Shown here: positions 63,551 through 64,000 of the stretch, in pieces
Numbering within the stretch: the stretch's first letter is position 1
How the letters are laid out: every line of letters begins with the position of its first letter
Assembly (NCBI GenBank): GCA_964016885.1
Contig: OZ024741.1
Location: 230,950,001 to 231,014,000 of the forward strand
Direction: 5' to 3'
From: Eledone cirrhosa
Taxonomy: Eukaryota
DNA length: 64,000 bases
The notes under the pieces: generated by a model
The model's database searches: none
What the model was told of the DNA's origin: nothing
What the model saw: only the letters and a program-made list of their open reading frames with translations
Program-made: the position numbers and the translations under genes

Positions 63551-64000
63551 GATATTGTCATCTGCAACAAAGGAGATGTTTTTTCTCAATTAAAGATGGA
63601 AATCAAGTAATAGCTATCCACATTTAACACATGATTTGATGATTTTGTGTAGTATCTGAACAGTCCCAACGAATGCTGTTTTATGAAGGTGTTCAACCCT
63701 TAAACTGACTCAAATCTTCCCAATCCACTTAGGAATTTCAGTAAATATACTGCTGAGAGCACCTATAACTATGGGAACATCTTCCTCGTTCTTCATTGTC
63801 CACACCTGGTAAAATTCCTGTTCTATGCTGTAATTATCTTTCAACCTTTCATTTTGTTTTCAAACCACTCTGTTGTGCCCAGGTCACAGAGTATCTATAA
63901 TTATATAGGTTCTCTCTTTCTTGCTTATTTGCTCAATGTCCAGTTTCACGTTGGGAATTTTGTGACCAAAGTGTATCACACCTCATGGTTTTTGGTTTGT
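63551..64000 (-). mobile_element. Old R4/Dong-type RLE 3' end (third family)
   Basis: - strand: VWTMKNEEDVPIVIGALS...LHKTAFVGTVQIL; an (AAC)n tail abuts the SINE tail. Confidence 0.7.

Noticed and set aside
1-64000. CRISPR array, retron, group II intron or LTR element
   Set aside because: No repeat-spacer structure, LTR pair, integrase or RNase H motifs seen. The context is spliceosomal and eukaryotic.

Overview
Eukaryotic (metazoan) repeat-rich DNA with no prokaryotic genes. The SINE and microsatellite types look cephalopod/octopus-like, but that is recognition, not a search. About 48 kb (1-29.4 kb and 33.1-52.0 kb) is a nest of non-LTR retrotransposons stacked into (AAT)n tracts. It contains two families of restriction-like-endonuclease R4/Dong-type LINEs (always + strand), two-ORF Tx1/L1-type LINEs (largest copies on the - strand) and a tRNA-derived SINE. 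Much of the nest is duplicated at ~23-24 kb spacing. It lies within or just upstream of a + strand gene made of tandem 144-nt, phase-1/phase-1 exons, each encoding an 8-Cys EGF-like (MEGF10/CED-1/SCARF-type) module: 7 intact exons and 2 pseudo-exons. The exons sit in ~1.75-kb duplicated units that carry an old RTE fragment. Most notable: (1) a patch of SINE copies with strongly strand-biased T>C hypermutation, possibly a genomic fossil of ADAR A-to-I editing; (2) amino-acid-biased divergence of the EGF exon array; (3) consistent strand polarity of three retroposon classes on one microsatellite target; (4) a 5' splice-site consensus overlapping the ORF1 stop codon in two Tx1 families. All alignments and counts were done by eye; boundaries are approximate.
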